Assembly (NCBI GenBank): GCA_040954595.2
Contig: CM082586.2
Span: 8,711,337-8,775,336 of the forward strand
DNA: 64,000 nucleotides
Direction of reading: 5' to 3'
Origin: Balanoglossus misakiensis
Lineage: Eukaryota; Animalia; Hemichordata
The notes under the pieces are model-generated. The model was given only the letters and a program-made list of their open reading frames with translations. It ran no database searches and was not told the DNA's origin. The translations under genes were made by a program, and so were the position numbers. Positions 47,119-58,900 of the stretch are shown here, one piece after another (positions within the stretch are counted from its first letter, which is position 1; every line of letters starts with the position of its first letter).

Positions 47119-47745
47119 TTATCTCCATGGTGGTTTGGTAGTTGAGCTGGTCCTGGCAGTACTTCTAGCTGATGATGGCCTACTGCTTGCATTGTATCTA
47201 CTGATTGACATCGCTGAGTTTGGTCTGCTGTTCAATTCCATGCGACTTCCACAGACAGGTGGGCTCCATAGGTACGGTTTGCCCGGAGATTTCTCTTGCT
47301 TTGTCACCCATGGAGGCTCAAAGTCTGCTTCCTGTAGCTTGGGTCCAAATAAAGTCTCATCAACATAGGTTGGTGTATGCTTCTTCAATCTATATCTGTT
47401 GCTGTACACCTGGGATGGTGTCATGGGACGGCGTCTTGATGCCGAAGTAGGAGTCCTGACACGGGCACTGTTAGAACCATATGTTGGAGGAGACCACAGC
47501 AATGGTTTCTGTACTTTGGGTTTGGGTTTTTGAGAATTATCCTCCCATGGAGGCGCGAAGGAGGCTCCTTGTAATTGTTTCCCAAACAGTGTTTCATCAA
47601 CGAAGGAATCCTTTGATACTACATGATACACATCTCTTGTATGGCCAGCGCTCTGAGGCCGAGCTCCACTGACACTCAGATGACGAGTTCCAGTCACACT
47701 AAGATCTGAATGTCTGCCATCAACAGTCTTGTATGAAGTTGCCAT
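47119..47745 (-). CDS. RITA1: RBPJ-interacting and tubulin-associated protein 1-like (208 aa, single coding exon)
   Basis: Two (S/T)(F/Y)VDETLFG...F.PPW repeats, NRYRL..HTP.Y.DETLFG, LWSPP (CSL-binding phi-W-phi-P type) and C-terminal KPPWR match recalled RITA motifs. Upstream acceptor at 47871-47870 and candidate non-coding exon donor GTgagt at 49221. Confidence 0.88.
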   Translation of the reverse strand: MATSYKTVDGRHSDLSVTGTRHLSVSGARPQSAGHTRDVYHVVSKDSFVDETLFGKQLQGASFAPPWEDNSQKPKPKVQKPLLWSPPTYGSNSARVRTPTSASRRRPMTPSQVYSNRYRLKKHTPTYVDETLFGPKLQEADFEPPWVTKQEKSPGKPYLWSPPVCGSRMELNSRPNSAMSISRYNASSRPSSARSTARTSSTTKPPWR

Positions 47746-49476
47746 TTCAGGTGTATTTAAAAATGAACTTCAAATGTAGTCATTGCCCATTTGACTATAT
47801 CAACTTCGGTTGAACTGTTCAGATGCCAGGTCCAGCAGTGATCCTAAAGCTGTACATGCACTGTTGATCCTGGAATTATAAAAATTAAATTATCAATTGC
47901 TGGAAATATACACTGAAAGGTCAGAAATGTACGTTATATTGACAATTTGCATAACAATCTCAATAACTATTACAATACTGAATTTCTAACGTTTTGGAAA
48001 ATTAAAGAAAGTATATGGTGACTCTAAACGGCTCGTGCTAAATGTCTCGAATTGTACCCAAATCTCGCGTATACCCGTCCACGGCGGGGGTTATTGCTTA
48101 AACATATTATCAACCTCTGATTGTGGCTGTACATGTACATATGTAAATATTAATTAACAAATTAAATAATGAACAGTGCTGCACCACCCCCTTTATTCAG
48201 CCACCCACAAGAGTACACAACTATTGTGGTAAAGCACACATGGCCATGGTTTAACCATTAGAATCTCCACATACATGTACTAAAAAAATGTTGCCTGTCG
48301 ACATAGGATAAAGAGAAGATTGAAGAATTTTACTAATTTACTAGTATTAAAAATATGCTACAAGTGGGACTTTAAAATCCTAAGATATCGCTTTTAAATT
48401 TTAAGTTGCATATGAAATGAGATCCAGGGGTGTCAATAGCCATTCTTGTGCTGCTCCATGTTGTGGCCAGGTGTCATTGGACCCTCTGATTTTAAGATTG
48501 TTCAAATTTTACCATCCAGTGTACTGATAGGAGAAATAAACATGGTATTGTAGTATTAACAGATTACACATTCAGTAAATTTCATTTTTAATACGCGGGT
48601 ATAAAACAAACAACTGCATTACCAATTATACAATCCTTTGCACAGAAATAGGGGAATTTGAACTGAATATGATATTACATGTACATCTACATCAGAAATA
48701 AATTGATGTACCACTGTCAGATTTCTGAGATGTAATATCAGATCCTACGTTCCGGTAAAAAAGCTGTTGATTGGCACATATTTATTACAGGTTAATTTTG
48801 CCAAGAAATAACGTATTTCCCCATTGGTGTACGCTCCGGGTGTACGCTACTGTAACTGGGTCATCCATCACTGACCAACTTCGCATATCGTATTTCAAGG
48901 CACGGTGTAAAATTTTGACTGTTCTGACTGCGGCAGAGTTGTTTGGCCTTTATGGGACATGGAATGTCTGTATGAAGAGTTGGTGGGGGTTTTAATTACA
49001 CTAAGTCCATCTATAAGAGACCCAAAGAAATGCTTCTTTACAGACAAATGTGTGTAGCCCCTGTACTAGCGAGAGTGTTCGCAGTTGTGTGTGGTTTACG
49101 GATCGCTGTTGTCAATGTCAACGCATTTGAAGGTAACTAACCACTGTACTAATAAAACTGTCATCAACGCGAATAAGCGCTGCACAGTTGCCTTTCTTAA
49201 GACTTCAGCTATCAAACTCACCCTTTATACCAAGAATATGAGGTACCCTCTTCGGGATGCATCGACAAACACAACCCTTATTGTGTACAGTCTCCCTTCC
49301 TGGCGTCTTCAACGTTGTCACAGAGATGTCAAGTCACCTGCATAGTTCACTCTTGAGGGCGCACTGCTGTCACGTGATAACGAGTGATCCAAGTCATTGC
49401 CCTGACCATGCTTCTGCATGCAGCTGACAGGACCACGGGCATTGTAATTTTCAACCGTGGATTGTGGGCATACACC

Positions 49477-50049
49477 ATTTGCGGGCGTTTCTGGAACCGC
49501 TTTAATTAAACCCATTTTTCGATGTTTTTTTTTTTCTCGATAACTGTTTCCAAAAGCTATGTATGTTGTTAGGCAACTATATCGAAAATGAACGTTCTAT
49601 TATACTTGTGCAGAAATCGGTCATTTGCATCGATGTTTGATTTTACACTGAAACAAAACACATTTTGCGGGCGTTTCTGGGACTGCTTTATTTTCTGACC
49701 CTTTTTCCGATTTTTTTTCTCGATAAATGTTACCAAAAGCTATATATGTTAACTCCAATATATAAGGTGTTAGGCAACTATATCGAAAATGAACGTTCTA
49801 TTATACTTGTGCAGAAATCGGTCATTTTCATCGATGTTTGATTTTACACTGAAACAAACACATTTTGCGGGCGTTTCTGGGACCGCTTTATTTTCTGACC
49901 CTTTTTCGATGTTGTTTTTTCTCGATAAATGTTACCAAAAGCTATGTATGTTAACTCCAATATATAAGGTGTTAGGCAACTATATCGAAAATGAACGTTC
50001 TATTATACTTGTGCAGAAATCGGTCATTTTCATTGATGTTTGATTTTAC
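49477..50049. repeat. Tandem repeat, ~190-200-bp unit x ~3
   Basis: tttgcgggcgtttctgg at ~49478, ~49664, ~49864; gttaggcaactatatcgaaaatgaacgttctattatacttgtgcagaaatcggtcatt occurs three times. Confidence 0.9.
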
Positions 50050-51648
50050 CATAGACCTGATTTTACACTGTAACAAATGGTGGCCTAAATTAACGTAAAT
50101 AAGGTGGCTTCAAAATGAAATGGGCGATTTTTTATTCTCTTGATCATGATAAGTATTGGTTCTGGTGATCTTTAGTACTAAATTCTTGAGCTATCAGGAC
50201 ATGACTGGTGACATAAAAATGTTCAACTTTTATGAAAAATGCAAAACTATTTTCGAGCGAGCGAGCGAGCGCTTTCCAAGATGGCAGTGTGATCAGGTGT
50301 GTGCATACTGCTTCAAGTGTGTCGCGTTTTTACCCTTCAAAAATGCGTTTTTCAAATTCGATAGCCATTGTCAATCTTCTAGTTAAGTTGTATCGTATAA
50401 ACACCATGCGTTGTTACTATAATTTTGCCAAAGCGGTTAATGTTACCGAGAAAATTGTATGAAAATTCGATGTTGCTTTTTGAGCTGCACAGCATATGCG
50501 GGGGATGTCATTTTCCCCAGAATGCATCATAATTTATTTAGCACGTGTGGAAAATTTCTGTGTACTGTTGCTGTTATTGTTGTAGAAATGTTGTTTAAGA
50601 TACAGTCCCTCCACCAACACGTCGATTTGTGATTCTTATTCTAACCCTGACCTTGTCGATCAGAACGCGACCCATCAGGAACACGTACTGGAAAGTGACC
50701 CAGGTCGTTGAGTGAGTGATCGAAGACAGTGCATTTGTAAGGCTTCCTTTCTGGTCGTCTCTTCCTGACTTCGGCCTGACATGCTTCCGATCTGGGGAGT
50801 TAATTGGATTAACCGAATAAACATCCAATAAACATTTCAGCAAACCATAATGAGCATCATAACAATAGGGACCCGAGCGTTTCTCGATAGTCTTTCTTGA
50901 GGGACTGTGGTATAAACGAACACACAATGTAATATTTCGTGTGTTTTTTATCCAACCTTTTTAATGTAATTTTTGATAATTTCAAGTAAACGTCGAATCC
51001 ACAACATCTTCAGGTTATAAATGCTTTGAGTTTAATTAAGTTGGCGTTGCTCAAGACGCATCACAAATTCGTGTTCACATGAAACGCCATGAATTTAGGA
51101 AAGAGGCTCCCCACACCTCAATTATAAATTTCTGAAAGAAATTTATAATTGCATGAATGTATAATAGTGTAGTGTTGCAATAAAGAAATCTATGAATAAA
51201 TTAAAATGACAAGTAAATACAATAATTGGTAGAATTGGTAAAACAAGAAAAGTGAACGTGTTAGAAACTTTTGCAAAAAAGGTGGCTCGAAACTGCAATT
51301 TTGATGACTCAAAAGCAAAAGTTGGCCGTAAAAACTGAACGGTCCCTTAGTCTTGGTGGTGATGCCTTGTCTGTAATTATTTTGACAAGAGAGTCCTCGG
51401 GCGACAGCGGTCATCTACAGAAAACTGAACATCTTGAAACGTGTACCGAAAAGGTACCACCCGATAGAGTACATTTTGCCTGACCAGTCAATCTGCTAAA
51501 CTCCATTAAAGGTACATGAGCTGCAACTGGATAAAAAATGAAAGTTTTAAATAATATCATATATGCTTTTAATTATGTCTATTAAATGATATTTCATGAT
51601 AATATATCAAGATCAACACTTATTTATGACAAAATGGCAAAAAATTAA

Positions 51649-53475
51649 AGTGAACCGACACCTTCCTTGTAGAGAGATTCTAATAAAATCTTTGTGAAAA
51701 ACATGAGTGATTTGCGTCGTTTTTATTCACTTTCACTTATCGCGCAGCAGCGTAGCGTCGATCTCGATATGCAGTGTGACGTCACAAACTAGTCACCAGT
51801 AGCAGACGCCACCGTGCGCACGCTAACGTACACAGACAGTTGACATGGCTGGCTGCCTCGCAAGTAGGAGCAAAAACAGAGTTGGCAAAAACACGGCGAA
51901 AGGTTTTATAAAAGTTCCCGACCCTTCGGTGGACAGTCAAAATGCAAATCGAGCTGAAAAATGGGTGTCAAACATTGGCATATTATTTCGGTGCTTATTG
52001 CTGAGACAGATGATACTTTTGCTTCGGAAATGTTCGTGTTCAACTAGGCCCCATATCGTGAAGCATATTGCAAAAAAAAAAAAAAAAAAAAAAAAATACA
52101 CAGCAAAAATTGTCGAAACAGCCGGGGCTCCTGATTTCCTTAATTTGATCGCCATATGACGAAACCGAATTTTTGGCACTGTAAATCAAAACTCTGATCG
52201 GAAGAAAGTAGTGTGGCGGAAATAGTCCTACTTGTGAACACTGTTTTTGTCGCGTACCCAAGCTGTGAATGCATCGCAAAACCATTTCCAAAGACAAAAA
52301 CGACCACGCGATATGGAGTTTTCAAACGAAGATATCGTCGGATTTTTGTACGAACCCGAATACAGCAGCGATGAGATGGTAGGCGACTCAAGTGAAACTG
52401 ATTCCAAAAGTACAGAGGCAAGTGTAGACAGCAAAGATGACCGAGAAGAGTGATCGGCTTCGTCTTTCATCACGCTCATGGTGTAGCTGCGCTGCGGTAA
52501 ATGCGAAGTTATTTCTACTGTCAAGGAATGCCGGTGCTGCCATGAAATAGATTTCTTGACAAGGCCGTTAGATAAAGACTTGAACGACATATCACGAAGC
52601 CATGCGATAATTTTTGACATTTAGTCACCCATGTCATAATAGGGACCCTCGTGATTTCCCAAAAGAATAGAAAGTAAACCTATTGACACTCTCGCGAAAA
52701 TGTCTACCACACGTGTCTACCATCCTTTACGTTGATCAACAGCTGTGAAAAGATGCGGCTTTGTTGATCAAAGGGAGGCAGAAACTCCGATTGTCATGTT
52801 TCGAGTACATCTGTGGTGCTTCCAGATGGTAGAGGTGGTCGTTTTTGTCTTTGGAAATGGTTTTGCGATGCATTCACAGCTTGGTCACGGACAAACACAG
52901 TGTTCACTAGTAGGCCTATTTCCGCCACACTACTTTCTTCCGATCAGAGTTTTGATTTACAGTGCCAAAAATTCGGTTGCGTCATATGGTGATCAAAGGT
53001 AATCAGGAGCCCCGGCTGTTTCGACAATTTTTGCTGTGTAGTTTTTTTTTTTGCAATATGCTTCACGATATAGGGCCTAGTTGAACACGAACATTTCCGA
53101 AGCAAAAGTATCATCTGTCTCAGCAATAAGCACCGAAATAATATGCCAATGTTTGACACCCATTTTTCAGCTCGATTTGCATTTTGACTGTCCACCGAAG
53201 GGTCGGGAACTTTTATAAAACCTTTCGCCGTGTTTTTGCCAACGCTGTTTTTGCTCCTACTTGCGAGGCAGCCAGCCATGTCAACTGTCTGTGTACGTTA
53301 GCGTGCGCACGGTGGCGTCTGCTACTGGTGACTAGTTTGTGACGTCACACTGCATATCGAGATCGACGCTACGCTGCTGCGCGATAAGTGAAAGTGAATA
53401 AAAACGACGCAAATCACTCATGTTTTTCACAAAGATTTTATTAGAATCTCTCTACAAGGAAGGTGTCGGTTCACT
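51649..53475. mobile_element. Kolobok-type non-autonomous foldback element: ~650-bp TIRs, AG...CT termini, TTAA TSD, THAP-like relic in both arms, KolX/P2X7-ballast-like relic in the spacer
   Basis: TTAA|agtgaaccgacacc at 51645-51662 and ggtgtcggttcact|TTAA at 53462-53479; arms 51649-52307 and 52835-53475 give mirrored ORFs 51845+ and 53279-. Confidence 0.85.
52313..52624 (+). pseudogene. Frameshifted fragment of a P2X7 C-terminal (ballast)-like / KolX-like Cys-rich protein
   Basis: MEFSNEDIVGFLYEPEYS-acidic linker, then across two frameshifts WCSCGKCEVISTVKECRCCHEIDFL (WCxCGxC-x7-ExxCCxE). Confidence 0.7.
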
Positions 53476-55299
53476 TTAAAGAAAAATGAAAATTCCTGCA
53501 ATTTTAAAAAAAGTGCAATATTGCAATGAAAAATGAAAATCTGATGTCTCAGTGGTGTACATTTACTTCCATGAGCTCAAGTGGATGAGATCATGTTTTG
53601 TTTATGAAGTTTCATAACCGGAAATGCAACATTTTCATTGTTTCTTGCATTTTCCCACGGTGGCGGCCATAATCGCTTGCGGCAAAGCTTTATTATTTAT
53701 CTGGTTAAAACAATGCATATGCACTCATATTAGGGTTTATAATGCTTGTGTATAGTTTACTGCCTTTATCTGCATGGACTATTGGTAGTACAGTTTGAAA
53801 CAAAAATTATGAAAATTATCCCAAAAGTTGCAGCTTACGTGCCTTTAATAAGACCACCTGTGTGAGGTCGAAACGTTGGTCAAAAAGATTGTTTTAACCA
53901 TAGACAGAGAGAATTGTTTCATCTGTGAATTCTTATCTCAATTTTGTGCCTCGTCAAAACTGCTGCATCTACACTGTACGTAGTTGGACTTATTCTAGTC
54001 ACCTCTACGAATTTATTTGAAGAGGTAGTAACAAGTGTTTTAGGCGTCTTGTCATGATCTGAAAATTTCGCGATCACATTCAGGTAATCATATTTGCCAC
54101 TGACCCACTGAGGTTTCAAATGAATCAGCCTGATATCCATAATTCCTGAACATATTCACGGTTCAAACAGAATATCGTAAAGAATCTGTGGTATTTTAAG
54201 GTCAACCATTTTTTTCACACAGAATATGTAGCCAAAATTTATTTTATTTGTTCGAATTTGCGTTCACTTCCAACTAGAAATGGCCGATAAGTTGTTTTGT
54301 AACATGCCAAGTTTATCCCTATATAGGACCATATGGTTTAGACCTGCAGTGTGTAAAATAAACCGCATTTAAGGCAGTTATAAAATTGTCTAAGCTCAAA
54401 GTTATCCTGCAGTATTGCAAAAGCTGGTCAGTTGATTGCGCGGTATTAAAACACCACGTCCGTCTACAAGTACTTTCTCTGGCTCAAAATTGACTTATCA
54501 TAATATCAATCTTTTAGAAATCAAGCCCTGTAATGTCTCCAATTACCCCCCCCCCCCCCAAAAAAGCTTTTCGGTAGTAATTTTCCGATCTGAAAGATGC
54601 TTGATGATTACATTCATTACATTTTGTCATGATTTTGTCAAGTTCCATCACTAGGCTTATATGCCTAAGTTCTTACAACTCGAAAGCGACAAATATTTCT
54701 GCAACGCATCGCAACAGGTTTGTAACAACAATATTTAATAATTTATATAAGAGATAGTTAACTTGAAAATACATTTTACTTCGCTATATTTATACTCTAA
54801 AATGTGTTTGGAATACTGAGGAATTGAATTTGAAACAAACATAGTATTGAGGCCCTACAGGCCTAGTACTGCAATCACTAGCGCACATCCCATCAATGTA
54901 CGGAAAGTATTATCATATGCCAAGCTATGAGTGTTGAACATTTATTTGTAAGAAGACCAAAATTGAGAGCACCGGACTATACATGTTAGAGCAGAAGCTT
55001 TTGAAAAGTGAAAGCTTAGGTCCCCGAACTCGAGCAAATCAAAATGAAAACGTTTTCGAAGTAGGCCTAAAGAATTTGCCCGTGTATAAAACATCTTGGT
55101 TTGATCATATGAGTTTTCTACTGTCTATGGATTGATGGATAATTTAAATTCAAGTACTAATGAACAGAGCTCAAAGCAATGGTCCCAAGGTTCACGACTG
55201 GCGAACAAGCTTCTGTCTGGTCCCCTGTCCTTGTCCACGGTCACTCCACACACCCCGTTGGATGCGTTGCGTTGTATGCCTCATACCGGAAGTACCCAT

Positions 55300-55374
55300 A
55301 ATACATGTCGTTTTGTCAACCAAGATGGCGGGCGAGATGCGGCATGGCGGTGTACCACAAGTACAACATAACAG
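55300..55374 (+). promoter_or_regulatory. Putative USPL1 first (leader) exon with YY1-type caagATGGCG and uATGs
   Basis: caagatggcgg at 55321-55331; donor AG|GTaata at 55374/55375; acceptor gtttcAG at 55772-55773. Confidence 0.5.
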
Positions 55375-55785
55375 GTAATAATACTTACTCTCGCCGTTCT
55401 GTTATTTCCGATATATATTGTGAAAAATGTAATTATTCTCTGGATATATATTGGGCATTTGCGCACGATTTAGCTCCGCATAGCAACAATTAGACAGCTA
55501 TACGAGTAGGTCTTGAACGGTCTATATTGAACTTATTGTTATCCAACGTGCAGTGGGGCCGGGGAAGTCCCAAATACCATGTCTCTTGGCTTGTTTGGGA
55601 AAACATTTCTTACCTACGCATGAGCGTGGTCCTTTTTATCGACGAGGTTCCATACCTATCCAATCAATATAGACAGGAATTAGTATATCGTAACGTGTAA
55701 TGATATCGTCACGTGTACACCAGTCAACGGACAACGTTTCTGATGCGTATAAAACGTACCTTGTACGTTTCAGGCAAAGTGGAAG

Positions 55786-55950
55786 ATGACGACCGGGTTG
55801 CTGTCTTCTGCTAGTGCGAATCTAGCGATGGTTTATGTCGCCAGAGAGATGCAGTGGTGCCCTATCTGCGAAACTAACGGCGCAAAGCGGAGGCTAAGAC
55901 TGTCTCAGATTAATTTGAACGAAGCCGTGTGGATTTGCGACAATGTTCAG
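55786..55950 (+). CDS. USPL1: USPL1 coding exon 1
   Basis: WCPICE...INLNEAVWICDNVQ, donor GTgagt. Confidence 0.85.
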
Positions 55951-58900
55951 GTGAGTGTGTGGGTGGGCGGGCCCGGTGGTTGCATGTACAGAAAAGGGTC
56001 AGTCAAGTGTGGTCGCCAACAAGTTACATGTTCTAGTACTTTCAGAAAAAAACAAGTATTACCAGTACACTCGTACCAGAAACTTAGCATAAAAGGTTGA
56101 TGGGGCAGAAATGAGTAAAAAAAAATGATGAGAAACTGACCCAAAAAACTGTCTGGAACCCAGAAGTTGAAAAGTGGCAGGCTCATAGACCTATCATCAC
56201 TTTACTGCAATAGTGTACCATAGTTTGAAGTTTTGTCTGGGTTGAAACTTAGTTTTATTGAAACACGGTGTCATTGTTAGGCAAAGCCAAAAGTGCATTT
56301 GTATAAATGGTTTCTGTCGATTCACACCATGTCATACATGTATTCACTGTCTACAACCTGTAAAGGCTGCAAACAAATGCTTGTCAGTACAGTACCGTTG
56401 AGTGGGATTGCCAACATCAACTTTGTGCAGAAAAAACATGGAATGGTGATTTTCACTCTCTAATATCAAAGCAAAAATATCAGAGCAGAGTGGCAGTGTC
56501 GCCATTTTAATTTAACCCTAATGCTACTGGGTGTCATACATATTTAGAGTGTCAAGTCCCTTAAAATACACATGTACGTATGTGCCATTTTTTCTTGTAA
56601 TACGTATTTTGACTGTCTTGATATGGCTCTCATACGTACTTAGACACACTTGGCAGTCTGAACTTCCCGTAAAATGTACCAAATCGCACTGGTTTGCACT
56701 GGTTTGGCTTGAGGGTCTTGTATAGGCTACTGATTAACACACACTTGGTAGTCTAACAGGCCTGGGTGCCAGGATTCTAGGCACCCTGGAAATCAAACTA
56801 GTTTCAACTGACTTGGCAGCGGTAGGGTTAAAACTGGAGAGAACACTGTACACTTAGGTTTGTGGAAGAAATTGATCAACAGGAATCTAAATATACTTAA
56901 ATTATCTTCAAAATGCTGATTAATGAAATATAGAAACACAGGGTTAAAGATGCTGTCTTTAATAATATTGTGTCGTAATTTCTGAATTTTCTCTTTTTAT
57001 GTGTTTCAGTGTCCATACCCACTTGGTGCTGGCTCTGCATCCAGTGGTGTGGTTCATAGGAAAGCCTCGGAGATTGGAAACAGGAAGAAAAGGAAACGAT
57101 CACTGTGTGATAGTGCTGAGAGCAAGAAGTGCAAACGTCAGGGAAGTTTATCAGTGTCAGACACAGCCAGCATTGTAACTGGTCTTGAATTGGATGAACT
57201 GCTGGATTTTCTGAATAGTCCGGAAATACCTGGAGGCCAAGATAATTGTGCAAAGGAAATTGAGACTCGCTCCAGTTTGCAGATTGATACTAATGAAGTG
57301 GCTTTTCAGAGAACTGCCGACTTTGTGAAGAATCTCCCAATGCAGCCGTATATACATACTGAAGAGGGGAGTGGGGTGTCCGCTACTGTTGACTTGAATA
57401 GTTTGAAGAACAAAAAGTCATTCCATAGAAAAGTTTTCGGTGGATACACTGCCAATAGTCACCATGGAAAACAAGGAGAAAATGATTCAAAGGTATTGGA
57501 AACAGACAATCCAGTGGAAAATGCAGAGTCTTGCAGTCTACAATGGCAGAATAAAGAAGCCCTGTGTTGGCTGGATTCAGCCCTTTGCCTGTTGGTCCAT
57601 AGCAAAAATCTCTGTGCCAGAGTGCAGAGTTTGAAAGACAACAGCGAGTCTGTCATCCGGGACTTATGTCACATCTATGATGAAGTCCAAACAATGGTAT
57701 TTGGTGATGGAAATGCCACAACCAGGAGTGGATTGGACAGTTCTGATCTCAGTGTTGCTGTGCAGAGACTGGAGGATGTCAGAGGGCAAATCTTTTCGCA
57801 TCTCCAACCTACACTGAATTGTAAACTTGGTCAAAATGATAGTCCTGTACAAGCACTGCCAATTCTGCTGAAACAACACAAGGGGATAGAACAACATTTC
57901 CTGTCGAATTACCAGTGGAAGTTTTCCTGTTCCAAGTGCGGATATGAGAAAATAGACAAGTAAGTGTGTATTTAACCCTAATGCTGCCCAGTCAGTTGAA
58001 ACTGGTTTGATTTCCAGGGTGCCTACATGTAGAATCCTGGCTCCCAGGCCTGTTAGGCTGCCAAGTGTGTGTAAGTCAGTAGAAACCCTGGAAATCAAAC
58101 CAATTTCAACCGACTTGGCAGTTCATTGTAGTTATTCACTTCAAAGTGGTATATTAAAATTAGTGGGAAAATTGTCAATTGTACCAAAGCAACATAATTC
58201 CATTGGGACTACAAGAATGTGATCCCATTATGCCCTGAATTCATTATTGTAATATTGTTTATTTAGCACTGGCAACTGAAATTGTAATTCACAAATGTAA
58301 CATTAATTTTTAATCTTCTATTTTTTATTAGTTTTGCGTTTTCATTTCCCATTCTAATTTTGGATTATCTCATTGATCAAATTATTATGCAAATTGACTT
58401 TATTACTTGTGATGCTATAAAAATGTACAATAATAACAACTGGAGAACTATTTTTTTTTTCAGGCTGGAGAAGGTAATTGTGTCATTTCCCAATGTTGAT
58501 GTAGACTTTAACATGACCTGTCCATACTTTGTGAGACCATGTTATCAGTGCCATGCTGACAATCAGAAGAGTACACTGATGTTCGACAGGTGAGTAACTT
58601 TGCCAGAATTCATTTGCCATGATACATACTGTGATAAGTTTGTCAAACTGCCACATACAGAGTACATGTACATGTACATTGTATGAACTTGTGCATTGAA
58701 CTCCATCTGTCCGTCTGTCTGTCTGTGTGTCCAGAGCTGTCCCTCAGATACGCCTTGAGCTAGTTCATATAATCCTCACTGGCTAGTGTCTACCCCTAAA
58801 TGCTACTAGTAGTCATACCTGTTTAGATAGTGTCAAGTCCCTTAAAATACGTATTTGCCACTTTTTTCTTCCAAAATGTACATGTATTTTGACTGGCTTG

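Larger units (their letters stand above)
51510..53844. mobile_element. TTAA-TSD MITE (AGG...CCT termini) interrupted by the 51649-53475 element
   Basis: TTAA|aggtacatgagctgcaac ... gttgcagcttacgtgcct|TTAA; a sibling copy lies at 62722-63114. Confidence 0.8.

Noticed and set aside
51845-52159. 104-aa and mirrored 111-aa (52944-53279) ORFs as functional genes
   Set aside because: They lie in the TIRs of a non-autonomous element, have an incomplete THAP zinc-ligand set and run into poly-A; treated as relics
53846-53885. gacc-loop-ggtc-gaaac resembling a Penelope/hammerhead ribozyme end
   Set aside because: The required upstream CUGAnGA core is not present and no GIY-YIG/RT remnant was recognised
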